A stretch of 59,302 nt of DNA from Lysobacterales bacterium (lineage in GTDB: Bacteria > Pseudomonadota > Gammaproteobacteria > Xanthomonadales > Marinicellaceae). The stretch spans positions 1-59,302 of the forward strand of contig JALWKC010000089.1 in NCBI GenBank assembly GCA_026996795.1. Reading direction: 5' to 3'. This document shows, in pieces, positions 44,793 through 55,042 of the stretch. Both the position numbers and the translations under genes were made by a program. The notes beneath the pieces were generated by a model. It was not told where the DNA came from. It ran no database searches and was given only the letters and a program-made list of their open reading frames with translations. Position 1 is the stretch's first letter. Every line of letters begins with the position of its first letter.

Positions 44793-45160
44793 GCAACGGC
44801 ATTCCACCCAGGAACGCGCCTGAATGACGTTCAACAAAAAAGCGTCTGCATCAAAAACCGGTCTTGCCGATGGTTTTTTGCCTCTTTGATTTATCCTGAC
44901 TCCTCCTCAATCCCGCAATGACTCGCGTTTGCAAAGGTCACCAGGCAATGGCAGGATACAGCTCACGAATCACCGTGGCGGTGGTCAGCGCATTCCTCCA
45001 GACCGTGATCTTTGTCTGGTTACAGCCCGTTTCTACCGGCTAAAATCTGGATCTGGTGGGCTATTGATATGCTGATTGCTGACGTAATATCCGGCCCGAT
45101 TCTGGGTTGGGTGGTCGGCAAGCTAGGAAAATAAACCGCGCATCCTGTCAAAACCGCACC

Positions 45161-45188
45161 AAAAAAGCCGGGCAAGACCGGCTTTTTT
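45161..45188. terminator. Bidirectional-looking rho-independent terminator
   Basis: AAAAAAGCCGG-GCAAGA-CCGGCTTTTTT, between the algC side and the convergent 5'-nucleotidase gene. Confidence 0.6.
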
Positions 45189-45257
45189 GGTGGCTTCGAT
45201 TAAGTCATTGGACGGCAATCAGCCTAAGCGCAGGAAATATATATGAACAGTGAGTGA

Positions 45258-46244
45258 TTATTTTGACCCGGTTTCGCCTCCATCGGGACTTTCCAGCGCC
45301 CGGTTGGCCACGCCATAGGGAACGTGCCCTGAAGGCACCTTGCCACTGGCCGAATGAATGTGGACCAGTTGATCATCAAAGAAAATATCGGCCTTGAACG
45401 CCTCGAGGAATTTGCCTTTCTCGCGCCCACCCAGAAACAGGGCTTCATCGATGCGAATGTCCCACTGCCGCAAGGTCAGGATCACCCGCTTGTGGGAAGG
45501 CGCGGAACGGGCCGTCACCAGTGCCGTGCGAATGGGCGAACTGTCAGCAGGAAAAACCGTTTGCAGCCGGTGCAAGGCCTGTAAAAAGGGTTTGAAGGGG
45601 CCACCGGGCAATGGCTTGTTGGCCAGCTTATGCTCATTGGCCTTGAACGCTGCCAGCCCCTGACTTTTGTAAACCTGTTCCGACTCATCAGAAAACAGCA
45701 CCGCATCGCCATCAAAGGCAATCCGCACCTGATCGTCACCAGAGGCTGCCTCGGCAGGTTGGTTTTTCAGGTGTGCCGCAGCATAACCGGCTTGCAGCGC
45801 TTTTTCCACGTCTTCATTGTGAGCCGACAAAAACAGGTGAGCGCCAAATGCAGACAAATACTGGTATGGTGACTCACCATTGGTAAAAGCTGCCCGTTCA
45901 ATGGGCAGCCCGTAATGCTCAATGGAGTTGAACACACGCAAACCGGTGTCGCCGGAATTGCGTGAAACCAGCACCACTTCCACCAGTGCTTGACCGGTCT
46001 GCGGATGGCGGATATTAAGCAGCTTTTCCACCAACCCGAAGGCTGTGCCTTTGGCCAGAGGTTCATTTTCATGGGCCAGCTGGTACTTGCGATAAGCCTC
46101 CACCCCTTCTTGCAGAAAAATCCTGTGCGACTCGCTCAGATCAAACAAGGTACGGGAGGACACTGCCACCACCAGCATGGGCGCAGCAGCCTTGTCATCG
46201 GGAAAATTCCCGGGTTTTTGTGTCGTGCTTGTGGTATCTTTCAC
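45258..46244 (-). CDS. 5'-nucleotidase-family protein (PF06189-like)
   Basis: 328 aa. VVAVSSRTLFDLSESH ... VVLVSRNSGDTGLRVFNSIEHYGL ... IAFDGDAVLFSDESE pattern. Confidence 0.7.
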   Translation of the reverse strand: MKDTTSTTQKPGNFPDDKAAAPMLVVAVSSRTLFDLSESHRIFLQEGVEAYRKYQLAHENEPLAKGTAFGLVEKLLNIRHPQTGQALVEVVLVSRNSGDTGLRVFNSIEHYGLPIERAAFTNGESPYQYLSAFGAHLFLSAHNEDVEKALQAGYAAAHLKNQPAEAASGDDQVRIAFDGDAVLFSDESEQVYKSQGLAAFKANEHKLANKPLPGGPFKPFLQALHRLQTVFPADSSPIRTALVTARSAPSHKRVILTLRQWDIRIDEALFLGGREKGKFLEAFKADIFFDDQLVHIHSASGKVPSGHVPYGVANRALESPDGGETGSK

Positions 46245-46360
46245 TGCCGTTGTAAGGGATGGTTGAGAGGTCGTTTATACCATGCCCTCGGGGCGTTTGT
46301 CGTGGACTTGTGGGCCATTTCTTGCTCAACCTGTCACGATCGGGCACTCACATTAGCAAT

Positions 46361-46396
46361 GACTAATTAGTCTCATCCGGTGGCCAGTGATATAAT
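46361..46396 (+). promoter_or_regulatory. Putative prpB promoter (extended -10 TGATATAAT) with an overlapping 12-bp perfect palindrome GACTAATTAGTC
   Basis: TG at 46388-46389 and TATAAT at 46391-46396. The palindrome at 46361-46372 covers the -35 position. Confidence 0.4.
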
Positions 46397-46427
46397 GCCG
46401 GCCGCCTTTCTTTTTGCGTGAATAGCC

Positions 46428-47318
46428 ATGACCATTACCCGTAGCACGCCGGGCCAGCGCTTTCGTGTGGCCGTTAAAAACAACCAGCCCCTGAAAATTG
46501 TCGGCACCATCAATGCCTACACCGCGCGCATGGCCGAACAGATCGGCCATCAGGCCATTTACCTCTCCGGCGGTGGACTGGCGGCCAACTCGCTGGGCAT
46601 GCCGGACTTGGGCATAAGCGATTTGCATGATGTACTGATTGACGTGTGGCGCATTACCGATGCCTCCGAACTGCCATTGCTGGTGGACTCCGACACCGGT
46701 TTTGGCGGCGCTTTTAACATTGCCCGCACAATAAAATCCCTGATCAAGGCCGGCGCGGCGGCCACCCACATCGAAGACCAGGTGGCTCAGAAACGCTGTG
46801 GACACCGCCCCGGCAAAGCCATCGTGTCACAAGCGGAAATGGTGGATCGCGTCAAGGCGGCCGTGGACGCGCGCACCGATGACAGCTTTGTCATTATGGC
46901 CCGCACTGATGCCCTGGCTGTTGAAGGCATGGACAAGGCCATCGAACGGGCCGTGGCCTGCGTGGAAGCCGGTGCCGACATGATTTTCCCCGAAGCGGTG
47001 CAAAGCCTAGCGCAATACCGGCAATTCAAACAGGCTGTCAAGGTGCCCATTCTGGCCAATATCACCGAATTCGGCAAAACCGAGCTGTACACCAGCGAGC
47101 AACTGGCTGAAGTGGGTGTGGACATGGTGTTGTACTGCTGCAGCGCCTACCGGGCCATGAACAAGGCGGCCGAAACCGTGTACCAGTCCATTCTCGAAAA
47201 AGGCCATCAGCACGACGTGTTGCCGCTGATGCAAACTCGCGAGGAACTGTATGGTTACCTCGACTACCACGCCTACGAACAAAAACTCGACGAATTATTT
47301 AGCCAGGGCAAGGACTGA
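46428..47318 (+). CDS. prpB: 2-methylisocitrate lyase
   Basis: 296 aa. PEP-mutase/ICL fold with KRCGHRPGK. First gene of prpBCD. Confidence 0.93.
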   Translation: MTITRSTPGQRFRVAVKNNQPLKIVGTINAYTARMAEQIGHQAIYLSGGGLAANSLGMPDLGISDLHDVLIDVWRITDASELPLLVDSDTGFGGAFNIARTIKSLIKAGAAATHIEDQVAQKRCGHRPGKAIVSQAEMVDRVKAAVDARTDDSFVIMARTDALAVEGMDKAIERAVACVEAGADMIFPEAVQSLAQYRQFKQAVKVPILANITEFGKTELYTSEQLAEVGVDMVLYCCSAYRAMNKAAETVYQSILEKGHQHDVLPLMQTREELYGYLDYHAYEQKLDELFSQGKD

Positions 47319-47390
47319 CTCGGCTTGCCCTTGATGAACCATGCCGCTGCAGAAACAACTCCGCTGCGGCTCACGTAACAGGAGATAACC

Positions 47391-48518
47391 ATGGCTGAAA
47401 AGAAAATTGGCGGCGCCGGCTTGCGCGGGCAAATCGCCGGACAAACCGAACTGTGCACCGTGGGTGTTTCCGGTACCGGACTGACCTATCGCGGCTACGA
47501 CATCGCGGAACTGGCCGACAAGGCCGAGTTTCTGGAAGTGGCCTGCCTGATTCTTTATGGCGAATTGCCCACCCGCGAGCAACTGGAAGCCTATCGGGCC
47601 AAAATCAAGTCCCTGCGTGGTCTGCCCAAAGAACTGAAGGCCGCGCTGGAAATGATTCCGGCCGACGCCCACCCCATGGACGTGATGCGCACCGGCTGTT
47701 CTTTTCTGGGCAACCTGGAGCCGGAAAAGGACTTCTCCCAACAGCACGACGTGGCCGATCGCCTGCTGGCAGTGTTCCCATCCATCATTGCCTACTGGTA
47801 CCGGTTTACCCACGACGGCGTGCGCATCGAAACCGAAACCGATGACGACACCATTGGCGGGCATTTTCTGCACCTGTTGCGCGGTGAAAAACCCAACCCG
47901 CTGCACGAGCGGGTCATGGACGTGTCACTGATTCTGTATGCCGAACATGAATTCAATGCCTCCACCTTCACCGCGCGCGTGGTGGCCTCCACCCTGTCGG
48001 ACATGCATTCGTGCATCACCGCAGCCATCGGTGCCCTGCGCGGCCCGCTGCACGGTGGCGCCAACGAGGCAGCCATGGACATGATTGCGCAGTGGAATTC
48101 GCCCGAAGAAGCCCGTGCCGCCATTCTCGACAAACTGGCCAACAAGGAGCTCATCATGGGTTTTGGCCACGCCGTGTACCGCACCAGCGACCCGCGCAAT
48201 GCCATCATCAAGGGCTGGTCAAAAAAACTGGCTGAAGAAGTGGGTGACGAGGTGCTTTATCCGGTCAGCGTTGAAGTGGAAAAGACGATGTGGGAAGAAA
48301 AGAAGCTATTCCCCAATGCCGACTTCTTCCACGCTTCGGCCTACCATTTCATGGGCATTCCCACTCAATTGTTCACGCCCATCTTTGTCATGTCGCGCGT
48401 CACCGGCTGGGCCGCCCACGTGATGGAGCAGCGCGCCAATAACCGCATTATCCGTCCCAATGCCGAGTACGTCGGGCCGGAACCGCGCCGTGTCACCCCC
48501 ATTGAAGAACGCCATTAA
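47391..48518 (+). CDS. prpC: 2-methylcitrate synthase
   Basis: 375 aa, citrate-synthase family (GFGHAVYRTSDPR). Its TAA stop lies in the flank of a MITE. Confidence 0.93.
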   Translation: MAEKKIGGAGLRGQIAGQTELCTVGVSGTGLTYRGYDIAELADKAEFLEVACLILYGELPTREQLEAYRAKIKSLRGLPKELKAALEMIPADAHPMDVMRTGCSFLGNLEPEKDFSQQHDVADRLLAVFPSIIAYWYRFTHDGVRIETETDDDTIGGHFLHLLRGEKPNPLHERVMDVSLILYAEHEFNASTFTARVVASTLSDMHSCITAAIGALRGPLHGGANEAAMDMIAQWNSPEEARAAILDKLANKELIMGFGHAVYRTSDPRNAIIKGWSKKLAEEVGDEVLYPVSVEVEKTMWEEKKLFPNADFFHASAYHFMGIPTQLFTPIFVMSRVTGWAAHVMEQRANNRIIRPNAEYVGPEPRRVTPIEERH

Positions 48519-48680
48519 GGAAACTCTGATTGAATCTGGACGAAGCAGGTTATGCCGGAAATGTTCGAGAACAAGGTGGAGTCCTTGCCAATAGCGAGCT
48601 ATTGGCAAGGACTTCAACGCAGTTATCGGACATTTCAGGTGTGAGAAGCGAGTTCACGATTCGATCAGAGGTTCCCCTAA
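48515..48680 (+). mobile_element. MITE-like repeat, subfamily A, copy 3 (166 bp; TTAA/CTAA flanks)
   Basis: Fills most of the prpC-prpD spacer. Its central stem GTCCTTGCCAATAGC/GCTATTGGCAAGGAC is a perfect 15 bp. Confidence 0.88.
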
Positions 48681-48705
48681 CCGCAACCCATACAGGAGCC
48701 AACCC

Positions 48706-50154
48706 ATGAGTTCAGTCGATATCCGTTCCGCCAAACGCCCAGAACCCGATCAAGTGCTGGTGGACATCGCCGATTACGTCATTAACCGCACCATTGACAG
48801 CGAAGAAGCGTACAAAACCGCTCACTACTGCCTGCTGGACAGCACCGCCTGCGCCATGCTGGCGATGAAATTCCCCGAGTGCGTCAAAATGCTTGGCCCG
48901 GTGGTGCCCGGCGCCACACTGGAAAACGGTTCGCGCGTCCTGGGCACCCCGTACGAACTGGACCCGGTGAAAGGCGCCTTTGATAACGGCGCACTGATTC
49001 GCTGGCTGGACTTTAACGACACCTGGCTGGCTGCCGAATGGGGCCATCCTTCAGACAATCTTGGCGCCATTCTGGCCGTGGCCGATTACATTTCCCGCCA
49101 ACGCGAAGATCAGGGTCAGGAGCCACTGACCGTTCACGACGTGCTCACGGCCATGATCAAGGCGCACGAGATCCAGGGCATTCTGGCACTGGAAAACAGC
49201 TTCAACCGCGTCGGGCTGGACCACGTGTTGCTGGTGCGGGTGGCCTCCACGGCCGTGGTTACGCATATGCTGGGCGGAACCCGCGAGGAAATCATCAATG
49301 CCGTCTCCAACGCCTGGATCGACGGCGGCGCCCTACGCACCTATCGCCACGCCCCCAACACCGGATCGCGCAAAAGCTGGGCCGCTGGTGACGCCTGCCG
49401 CCGCGCGGTGCAGCTGGCCCTGATTGCCCTGACCGGTGAAATGGGGTATCCCTCAGCGCTGTCGGCCAAGGGCTGGGGCTTTTATGACGTGCTGTTCAAG
49501 GGCAAGGAATTTTCCTTTCCGCGCGGCTACGATTCCTACGTGATGGAAAATGTCTTGTTCAAAATCTCCTTCCCGGCCGAGTTTCATGCCCAAACCGCCG
49601 TTGAAGCGGCCATGAAATTGCACCCGAAAGTCAAGGACCGCCTGGACGAGATCGAAAAAATCAAAATCGAAACCCAGGAAGCCGGCGTGCGCATCATCGA
49701 CAAAACCGGAAAGCTGGACAACCCCGCCGACCGCGACCACTGCATCCAGTACATGGTCGCCGTGCCGCTGGTGCATGGCCGCCTGACGGCTGCCGATTAC
49801 GAAGACGAGGTGGCTAACGACCCGCGCATTGACGCCTTGCGCGAGAAGATGGAAGTGGTTGAAAACCCGAAATTTACCGAAGAATATTTCGACCCGGACA
49901 AACGCTACATCGGCAACGCCATCCAGATCTTTTTCAAGGACGGCAGCAGCACCGACCGGATTGAAATCAACTACCCCATCGGGCACCGCCTGCGGCGCGA
50001 AGAAGGCATCCCCGTGTTGCTGAAAAAATTCGAAGACGCCATTGCCGGCCACCTGTCTGCCAAAAAAGTCAGAAAAATCCTGGAACTGACCAAGGATCAG
50101 GCCGAATTCGCCCAGCGCCCCATCATCGAGTTTATGGAGCTGGTCACGCTCTGA
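48706..50154 (+). CDS. prpD: 2-methylcitrate dehydratase
   Basis: 482 aa, MmgE/PrpD family. AGGAG Shine-Dalgarno 7 nt upstream. Confidence 0.93.
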   Translation: MSSVDIRSAKRPEPDQVLVDIADYVINRTIDSEEAYKTAHYCLLDSTACAMLAMKFPECVKMLGPVVPGATLENGSRVLGTPYELDPVKGAFDNGALIRWLDFNDTWLAAEWGHPSDNLGAILAVADYISRQREDQGQEPLTVHDVLTAMIKAHEIQGILALENSFNRVGLDHVLLVRVASTAVVTHMLGGTREEIINAVSNAWIDGGALRTYRHAPNTGSRKSWAAGDACRRAVQLALIALTGEMGYPSALSAKGWGFYDVLFKGKEFSFPRGYDSYVMENVLFKISFPAEFHAQTAVEAAMKLHPKVKDRLDEIEKIKIETQEAGVRIIDKTGKLDNPADRDHCIQYMVAVPLVHGRLTAADYEDEVANDPRIDALREKMEVVENPKFTEEYFDPDKRYIGNAIQIFFKDGSSTDRIEINYPIGHRLRREEGIPVLLKKFEDAIAGHLSAKKVRKILELTKDQAEFAQRPIIEFMELVTL

Positions 50155-50172
50155 TCCGAGAGCGGCCACACT

Positions 50173-50214
50173 GGAAATGAAAAAAGGGCCAATATTGGCC
50201 CTTTTTTCATTTCC
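50173..50214. terminator. Bidirectional rho-independent terminator (42-bp perfect palindrome)
   Basis: GGAAATGAAAAAAGGGCCAATATTGGCCCTTTTTTCATTTCC, between the convergent prpD and tpm genes. Confidence 0.8.
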
Positions 50215-50283
50215 GCACTCATCGGCTGGAAAACAAGTCAGCAACCGGGGTTCACCAAGCCGGCTCCGTGAACTGGGATTGGC

Positions 50284-50973
50284 CTAGCGGTGGATCAGCC
50301 AGGTTTTTTCGTAAGCGCTGGTGGCGCCTTGAGCACGGAATTTGGGCTCGTCGGCCAGAATATCGCGCTGGCCGAGTTTTTTAATGGTAGAAAAGTCCCG
50401 GTACTGTGCTTGCACCATGGCGTCAGTGTGTGGAAATGGCGGGCCTTGGTAGTTGTTACAGGCAGCCGGATCCCGCTCAAAGTCCAGTGTCACCAGCAGT
50501 GTGGGCGTGCCGGGTCGGAGTTCCTGCCGGAATTTCTGCACATAGCTGTGCCGCATGTCCGGCGGTAAGGCAATCAGGGCCGCGCGATCATACACTCCAT
50601 CGGCGGCATTCAGCACTGAAGCCGGCAGGGAGAAAAAGTCCCCCTGCCACAGAGTCAGGTCTCCACAGCGATGAATGAGCAGGTCATCACCGCCTGCGGC
50701 GGTTTCCCTTTGCTTTTCCAGCTTGTTTTCGGCAAAAAACTCATTCACGGCCAGCGGTGAACACTCACAGCCGGTGACCCGTAACCCCTGCCCCAGCAGC
50801 CACATCACATCCTGACTTTTACCACACAGGGGCACAAACACGTGGTCGCCAGAGGCAAGCTGCATGGCATGAAACCACTGTTGCAACGAGGCATTGGGAC
50901 GGCCCTCATGAAAGCCAATCTGCCGCTGCTGCCACTTCTCGATCCAGAAACCGGTGTCCATGCCCTGACTCAC
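50284..50973 (-). CDS. tpm: Thiopurine S-methyltransferase family (bacterial Tpm)
   Basis: FWIEKWQQRQIGFHEGRPN... and VFVPLCGKSQDVMWL motifs. The track start is GTG 50973 (GTGA overlap with the upstream stop). ATG 50961 is equally plausible. Confidence 0.85.
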   Translation of the reverse strand: MSQGMDTGFWIEKWQQRQIGFHEGRPNASLQQWFHAMQLASGDHVFVPLCGKSQDVMWLLGQGLRVTGCECSPLAVNEFFAENKLEKQRETAAGGDDLLIHRCGDLTLWQGDFFSLPASVLNAADGVYDRAALIALPPDMRHSYVQKFRQELRPGTPTLLVTLDFERDPAACNNYQGPPFPHTDAMVQAQYRDFSTIKKLGQRDILADEPKFRAQGATSAYEKTWLIHR

Positions 50974-52925
50974 GGCGTGTCCGGGCTTGACGCATAAGCG
51001 GCCTGTTCGGCTTTCTTGTCCGCAATCCAGCGCTTAACCTTCTGCTCGAGAAAATCCAGTGGCACCGCGCCATCGTTCAGTACCTGGGTGTGAAAGCCCC
51101 TGACCACGGACTTGTCCTGACCCAGTTCATTTTCGGCGGTGTCGCGTAACTGCTTGATTTTCATCTGGCCAATCTTGTACGCCAATGCCTGACCGGGAAT
51201 GGCCATGAACCGCTCGGCTTCGGAGACCGCGCGGGCTTCCACCACCGGCGCGTTGGCGTACATGTACTCCAGCACCTTGTCGCGCGACCAGCCAAACTGG
51301 TGAATGCCGGTATCCACCACCAGCCGGATGGCCCGCCACAGTTCGGCACTTAACTGGCCAAATTCGCTGTAGGGGTCCTGATACACGCCCAGTTCCTTGC
51401 CCAGGCCTTCGGAATACAGCGCCCAGCCTTCCACAAACGCGGTGTAGCCACCGAATTTGCGGAAATTGGGGAGGTCGGGCAGTTCCTGCTGAATGGAAAG
51501 CTGAAAGTGATGGCCCGGGACGGCTTCATGCAGGTAGAGGTTTTCCACGCCCCATTTTGGCCGCGCCTTCAGGTCGTAGGTGTTAACGTAAAAAACGCCG
51601 GGGCGTTTGCCATCGGCCGACGGGCTTTGGTAGGAGGCGCCGGAGGCGGATTTTTCACGAAACGCTTCCACCGGGCGGATTTCGAAGTCGGCTTTGGGGA
51701 AAATTTCAAAGATTTCCGGTACTTTGGCATTGACCCGGTCTTTCAGGTCCGCGTAAGCCTGCAGCAGTTCCTCTTTGCTGTTGAAATGAAACTGCGGGTC
51801 ATTCTTGGTGAATTCGAAAAATTCCTGCAGGCTGCCGGTGAAACCCACCCGCTGCATGATGTCGCGCATCTGCTGGTGAATGCGTTTAACTTCCTGCTTG
51901 CCAATTTCGTGAATCTGTTCCGGCGTGTAATCGGTGGTGGTGATGGTTTTGACCTTGTAGGCGTACCAGTCCTTGCCCTGTGGCACGTCATACAGGCCAT
52001 AGGTGTCACGCGCCTTGGGCAGGTAATCGTTCTTGATGTAGTCATATAGACGCTGATAGGCCGGGATAACCTCTTCGGTCAGCTTCTGACGGTAGGCAGC
52101 CGTCAGCCGGGCTTTGTCTTCGTCGGAAAAATCCGCCGGCATGTTTTTGACCGGCTGCCAGAACAGGCTGTCTTCCACCTTGTCGGTGAGCAGGGCCTCC
52201 AGTTGCGGCAACACCCGCTGCATGAGCACCTTGGGTTGGGAATAGCCCTTGGCCTGGCCTTCTTTCATGTTGGCAATGGCCTGATCCAGCAAGACCACGC
52301 CGCCGTCCATGCGGCTGAGCCAGTTCTGGTAATCCTGGACGGTTTTGAAAGGCTGCGCCTGGGAACCAGAACCCAGCATGGCAAATTGATTGGGCAAAGA
52401 ATAAAACTGGTTAATGGGCATCAAGTGATCGGGGTACTGGAAGCCTTCCAGCGCGTTCTTGCGTTTGGCCACAAACAGGTCGTAAGAGGTCTGTTCGCTG
52501 TGTGGCAAGGCCTTGCGATCCACTTTCTGGATACGCTTCAAGGCGTCTTCTTCCAGTTTTTTGGCTTTGGCACGCCATTGGGCACCAAGAAAATTGGGCA
52601 ACTGGTCATCGTAGCGATGATCGCCCCGAAAGGTGGCCGACAAGGGGTTGAGCTTGAGCTGTTGCTCGTCATACCAGCGATACACCTGACGCGCCTTTTG
52701 CGCTTCGGTACGCGCTGGACGGTCTTTTCTGGCCTGTTTTGCTTGTTTCGCTGGCGCATCGGCAGTAGCTTCTGGCAGCACCTGATTTTCTGGCGTGTCC
52801 TCGCGGCTGGCGGATTGGTCGAAAAAGCCTTTCCCCACCCAGATAGCGCCACCCAGAATAAGTAGAAAGAGAGCCAGTTTAACGGCCTTGGCCGGTTGAA
52901 AAAACGGACTGGACTGGTGACTCAT
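50970..52925 (-). CDS. DUF885-family protein (membrane-anchored or exported)
   Basis: Trimmed to ATG 52925 (ATGA overlap with the DLH stop). N-terminal hydrophobic segment VKLALFLLILGGAIWV. DUF885 signature HEAVPGHHFQ. Confidence 0.8.
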   Translation of the reverse strand: MSHQSSPFFQPAKAVKLALFLLILGGAIWVGKGFFDQSASREDTPENQVLPEATADAPAKQAKQARKDRPARTEAQKARQVYRWYDEQQLKLNPLSATFRGDHRYDDQLPNFLGAQWRAKAKKLEEDALKRIQKVDRKALPHSEQTSYDLFVAKRKNALEGFQYPDHLMPINQFYSLPNQFAMLGSGSQAQPFKTVQDYQNWLSRMDGGVVLLDQAIANMKEGQAKGYSQPKVLMQRVLPQLEALLTDKVEDSLFWQPVKNMPADFSDEDKARLTAAYRQKLTEEVIPAYQRLYDYIKNDYLPKARDTYGLYDVPQGKDWYAYKVKTITTTDYTPEQIHEIGKQEVKRIHQQMRDIMQRVGFTGSLQEFFEFTKNDPQFHFNSKEELLQAYADLKDRVNAKVPEIFEIFPKADFEIRPVEAFREKSASGASYQSPSADGKRPGVFYVNTYDLKARPKWGVENLYLHEAVPGHHFQLSIQQELPDLPNFRKFGGYTAFVEGWALYSEGLGKELGVYQDPYSEFGQLSAELWRAIRLVVDTGIHQFGWSRDKVLEYMYANAPVVEARAVSEAERFMAIPGQALAYKIGQMKIKQLRDTAENELGQDKSVVRGFHTQVLNDGAVPLDFLEQKVKRWIADKKAEQAAYASSPDTP

Positions 52926-53638
52926 TGAAAACACTCCTGTAAAAATTGATCCAGCAGAATCTGGCTGCGGCGATCGGCTTTGGGGTCGTACACCGTGCCC
53001 AGTTCCGGGTCGTTGGCTTCGGGGTTGGTAAAGGCGTGCATGACACCGCCAAAATCGTGTTTTTGCCAGTCGCAACCGGCCTTGTTCAGTTCCTCACGCA
53101 AGGCCAGCCAGTCATCCAGCGACACCATGGGGTCGGCATCGCCATGCAAAAACAGGGCCATGGCTTTCCACAGGCCCTGGTCGATGTTATCGGGCTTTTT
53201 CATCAGGCCGTGAATACTGCAGACGCCGCGCACCTGGTCGCTGACACGGGCCAGGTCCTGAACGCACAGGCCACCGAAACAGTAACCAATGGCTGCCATG
53301 CGGTCCTTGTCGGCCACCGGCAGACTGCGGGCGGCTTTCAGGGCCAGCAACATGCGTCGCTGCATGAGCGCGCGGTTTTCCATGAAGGGCATCATCAAGG
53401 CCATGTTTTCATCGACACTGTGGCCGACCTTGCCCTTACCATACATGTCCAGTGCGAAACCGATATAGCCCTTGGCGGCCATGGCGCGCGCCACGTCTTC
53501 CACAAACGATACGCGGCCAGACCACATGTGTGCGATCATCACCACCGGCGTCTTGCCTGCTTGGGCGTTTTTGGGTTCCACCACCCAGGCTTCCAGTTCC
53601 TGGTCTGCGTCAAAATAGGTCAGCGGGTATTCGCGCAT
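52922..53638 (-). CDS. Dienelactone hydrolase family protein
   Basis: Trimmed to ATG 53638 (AGGAG Shine-Dalgarno). Nucleophile motif GYCFGG. 238 aa. Confidence 0.8.
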   Translation of the reverse strand: MREYPLTYFDADQELEAWVVEPKNAQAGKTPVVMIAHMWSGRVSFVEDVARAMAAKGYIGFALDMYGKGKVGHSVDENMALMMPFMENRALMQRRMLLALKAARSLPVADKDRMAAIGYCFGGLCVQDLARVSDQVRGVCSIHGLMKKPDNIDQGLWKAMALFLHGDADPMVSLDDWLALREELNKAGCDWQKHDFGGVMHAFTNPEANDPELGTVYDPKADRRSQILLDQFLQECFQ

Positions 53639-53639
53639 G

Positions 53640-54941
53640 TCATTTCTCCTGTTTGCCGTTTTTAAACACCGAATGCACCTGTTGCAAGGCGGCAATGTCT
53701 TCCAGCGGGTTGGCCTTGACCACCACCAGATCGGCATGGAAGCCGGGCTTGATGGCACCCAGTTGCTGGCCCTGACCGAGCAAATCTGCCGCATTCACGG
53801 TGGCGGCCTGAATGGCTTCCATGGGCGTCATGCCATTTTTGACCATCAAGGCAAATTCCTGTGCGTTGTCGCCGTGGGCCGAAACCCCGCTGTCCGTGCC
53901 AAAAGCAATTTTAACCCCCTTGTCATGCGCCTTGGCAAAGGCCGAGGCCAGCACCGGGCCAATGGTGGCGGCCTTGCGTGCCACCACGGGCGGGAAAAAG
54001 CCCGGCACCTTCGCTTTTTGCGTGACCCAGTCCCCGGCCAGCAAGGTGGGCACCAGGTAGGTACCGTGTTTTTTCATCAGGCGAATGATTTCATCGTCCA
54101 GATAAGTGCCATGCTCGATGCTGTTGACACCGGCGACAATGGCGCGCTTCATGCCTTCCTTGCCGTGGGCATGGGCCGCCACCCTGAAACCGTAGTCGTG
54201 CGCGGTTTCGATAATGGCGCGCAATTCATCGGGCTGGAACTGGGCATTGTCACCACTGGCGGCTTCACTAAGCACGCCGCCGGTGGCCGTGATCTTGATC
54301 AGGTCAGCGCCATCCTTGTAACGCTGACGCACGGCCTTGCGGGCCTCGTCGGGGCCATCCAGCACACCCTGTTCGGGCACTACGTGGGGCCACAGGCCTT
54401 GCCGGTAACCGTTGGAGGGGTCGGCATGGCCGCCGGTGGTGGCCAGTGACTTGGCGGCGGTAAAAATGCGCGGCCCGCGCACCTTGCCCTGCCGGATGGC
54501 ATTGCGCAGGGCCACAGTGACGTTGAATGAATCGCCCAGATCTCGCACGGTGGTAAATCCGGCATCCAGGGTGCGGCCCGCGTAGACAGCCGAATCAAAC
54601 GCCACATCCGCCGGGTTTTTGGTGAATTTTTCCCGGTAGGAGTCCTTGCTGAACTGGCCGGACAGGTGGGTGTGCATGTCAATAAACCCCGGCAGGCACC
54701 AGGCATCCGAATAATCCCGGTAATCCCGTGCCGTGTCGCTGACACCCGCTTGCCACGGGCCAATCTCGCTGAATCGCCCGTCCTTGATGACAAGGCGCTG
54801 GTTTTCCAGCACTTTTCCGGCCACCGGATCGATAACGTGGCCGCAATGCAGCACCAGTTCATCGGCAGTGGCCAGGGAGACTGACAGCAGCGCAGACAGA
54901 CCCAGCAGGCGGGCAAATGAAGTCATGGCGTGATTTTTCAT
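53640..54941 (-). CDS. Exported metal-dependent amidohydrolase
   Basis: 433 aa. Signal peptide LLGLSALLSVSLATA. GFIDMHTHL metal-binding motif. An alternative ATG lies at 54926. Confidence 0.85.
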   Translation of the reverse strand: MKNHAMTSFARLLGLSALLSVSLATADELVLHCGHVIDPVAGKVLENQRLVIKDGRFSEIGPWQAGVSDTARDYRDYSDAWCLPGFIDMHTHLSGQFSKDSYREKFTKNPADVAFDSAVYAGRTLDAGFTTVRDLGDSFNVTVALRNAIRQGKVRGPRIFTAAKSLATTGGHADPSNGYRQGLWPHVVPEQGVLDGPDEARKAVRQRYKDGADLIKITATGGVLSEAASGDNAQFQPDELRAIIETAHDYGFRVAAHAHGKEGMKRAIVAGVNSIEHGTYLDDEIIRLMKKHGTYLVPTLLAGDWVTQKAKVPGFFPPVVARKAATIGPVLASAFAKAHDKGVKIAFGTDSGVSAHGDNAQEFALMVKNGMTPMEAIQAATVNAADLLGQGQQLGAIKPGFHADLVVVKANPLEDIAALQQVHSVFKNGKQEK

Positions 54942-55042
54942 AGTGTGTCCCCGTGTTTGTGGTTGATTTATAAAATCATTCCTTCAAGTTTTTCCTTGAT
55001 CCTGTCGAGTGTTAATGCCACAGCGGCAACCCGAGTGCCTGG

